This document shows, one piece after another, positions 62,045 through 64,000 of a stretch of DNA of 64,000 bases (positions are counted from its first letter, which is position 1; each line of letters starts with the position of its first letter). Under the pieces are notes generated by a model, which was not told where the DNA came from, made no database searches, and saw nothing but the letters and a program-made list of their open reading frames with translations. The stretch is from a virus. Position numbers and translations under genes: made by a program. Location: positions 1-64,000 of the IMG/VR virus record IMGVR_UViG_3300034062_004313, one strand, 5' to 3'.

Positions 62045-62473
62045 TTATTGATTTTTTCTATTCCCAAACATAAAACCTACATTAAAACACCAAAAGTATT
62101 TAGATGCAGTTATTTCACCAAAACCTCCATACACCTGATAACGAATGCCAAAAACAGGCTTTATCCTTTTTTCCAGTTCATCATTCTTGTTATAAAGAGA
62201 TAGTTGCTGAATGCCCATAACAGGGGCAACGTATGATTCTTTTTGCACGTCAATCCAATGAGCGTAATTAACCTTTATACCGGCTGTTTGGTAACCTGTG
62301 TAGTTCACTTGATATGTTCCTAATAGAGTTATCCTTTCGTGAAATAATTGCGCAACCCCAACCTCCGCAACGCCCTGCATTCCCCATCCTGTCATACCTA
62401 ATGCAATAGCTGCTACTGGTTTTATTTGACCATATGTAGCAGTACTAATTAACAATAATATTAATGTTTTCAT
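62045..62473 (-). CDS. Exported outer-membrane beta-barrel-like protein (142 aa)
   Basis: Signal peptide MKTLILLLISTATYG; alternating amphipathic strands; FNVGFMF near the C-terminus. Start is probably 62473, not 62539. Confidence 0.55.
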   Translation of the reverse strand: MKTLILLLISTATYGQIKPVAAIALGMTGWGMQGVAEVGVAQLFHERITLLGTYQVNYTGYQTAGIKVNYAHWIDVQKESYVAPVMGIQQLSLYNKNDELEKRIKPVFGIRYQVYGGFGEITASKYFWCFNVGFMFGNRKNQ

Positions 62474-64000
62474 AATTATAAAAGTGGATTTACTATTTTC
62501 TTTTTCTGAATTAAGTTCAAAACTTAGATTATTTTTCATTTTCTTTTTTTACAGGGTGGAAATAATGTTTGCCATATAGCCATTAATCCTATGAAACTTT
62601 GTCCACAAACCAATACCATATACGTACTATATATGTACGCATAAATTCGTATATTATTATAAATCCTATTATTTTCCAAAACATTATTCAAAAATTGCTG
62701 TTATTTTACATGGTTCTTTTATACAAAATCTGCATTCGTTTTCAGCTTCTATATAGTTATTATATTTAGTAGCAAATATCCAACCTCTAAATCTTTTTTG
62801 ATTACTATCCCAAAAAGCTTGTGTTGGGACAGTTTCTATTACAAAATATTGTTTCATATTCTCCATAATTATTCATTAGTAAATATTGTTTCTTAAACTT
62901 GTCAATAATTATCATCTTCACATTCAATATTTAGATTCATAAATCAAAATTGTTTAGTTCAAGTTTATCCCATATGGGACCAGTATAACCGCTTTCTTCT
63001 ACAAATTCATCATAATACTTATTACATTCTTTTTTAGTACCTTCTTTAAGAACTTTAAAACCTTCTCTTTGAGATGCAAAATCTAATTCTGTTTCATCTA
63101 TAAAATGCAGTTGTTGTTGATTATCAAGAATTACGTAGTGATTCATTTTCTTTTTCTTTTGGTGTTAGTCTTATTAAAGTTGTATCCCATTTATTACCTT
63201 CTTCATCTTCTACTCTACCAAATAATTTTCCTTTGCTTAATAATTTAACTATAGAAGAGTTGTTATATTCTTTATCTAAAACATAATATTCCCCTACATT
63301 TAAATCTTTACTCCAATCTATCATGTATTATATCTTGATGGTAATCTAAGAGCTTCAAGTTCATATTTAATAAGAGCATCTTTATCTAATTTAAAAATTA
63401 AATCAGCAATATATTCTCTTATTTTTAAATAACCTATAATTTCTGGATTATCAGAAACATTAGCCCAATTAATTTCTATTTGCATAGTGGATTATTATAC
63501 TGTTTACGAATAAGAGAATCGGGAAAACATTCAATCATAGCTTTCTTCCATGCAGTTTTCATAGAGTATATTTTATTTCTTTCTTCTATACTCTTCTTAA
63601 ATACACTCCTATCTATAGGTTCTTTATATCCTTTATTAATTTCCTTAAATAATTGCTCCCTTTTTTGAAGAGCATTTGCAATATCATTATTATCTTTAAA
63701 AATGCTATGTTCTGTTAATGTAGTTACCATACTATAAATGTTTCTTTTTTAGAATTTTTTAATAATTTATGATTATTATCCCATACAGGATTCTTATTAC
63801 CATCAATGAATACAGATGGTATCATAGTTGTTCGTATACCTTTTGGTACTAAATCAGAGTTTTTAGGCTCTGATTTAGTATTAAAGATAGATTTTATTAG
63901 TTTTAACATAAATTAAATGTTTTAGCCAAAATTAAATCTATATCTTTTTTTGAAGACTTTGGATTTAAGATGTAATTAATAAAATTCTCTGACTTACGTT

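Noticed and set aside
1-64000. Stop-codon reassignment (TAG to Gln or TGA to Trp) as in some crAss-like phages
   Set aside because: Long genes are intact under the standard code and all three stops end genes; the two apparent breaks are explained by introns
1-64000. CRISPR or TIGR-like arrays and tRNA genes
   Set aside because: No regularly spaced repeats or cloverleaf/T-loop signatures seen by eye; most gaps hold ORFs under 60 aa. A tRNAscan/Infernal run is still advisable.

Overview
AT-rich, gene-dense fragment of a large lytic dsDNA phage. The host is probably a member of Bacteroidota (TTTG-N19/20-TAnnTTTG-type promoters; Flavobacteriia-like protein motifs). Gene content resembles crAss-like/Crassvirales-related and Flavobacterium/Cellulophaga phages; this assignment is from recalled motifs, not a database search. 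The standard genetic code gives intact ORFs. Positions 1-4253 (+) are the end of a late/lysis module: tail-fibre-like gene (5' end outside the window), holin-like protein, M15 endolysin, small structural proteins and a GT2 glycosyltransferase. It meets the opposite transcription unit at a bidirectional terminator near 4360. Positions 4380-64000 (-) carry replication, recombination and nucleotide-metabolism genes: dUTPase, RecA, class II RNR, DUF5664-HAD fusion, PD-(D/E)XK nuclease, PolB, rIIA/rIIB, M28-like peptidase, UDG, DUF932, primase, SSB-like, VWA, SF2 helicase, GHKL ATPase, RNA ligase and DnaB-like helicase, interleaved with dozens of small ORFans. The ORF track misses two group I introns that can be mapped to the nucleotide (12502-13525 and 29198-30363). 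Each is inserted just after a conserved Asp codon in an unusual host gene and carries a LAGLIDADG gene in the P1 loop; in the second, that gene is antisense and runs across the 5' splice site. Other notable features: a free-standing endonuclease cassette with a pseudoknot/kissing-loop leader that appears to have split and replaced its neighbour gene, a UDG lacking the catalytic Asp, a GHKL ATPase with permuted motif order, a phage-borne outer-membrane beta-barrel, and a family of modular small proteins.
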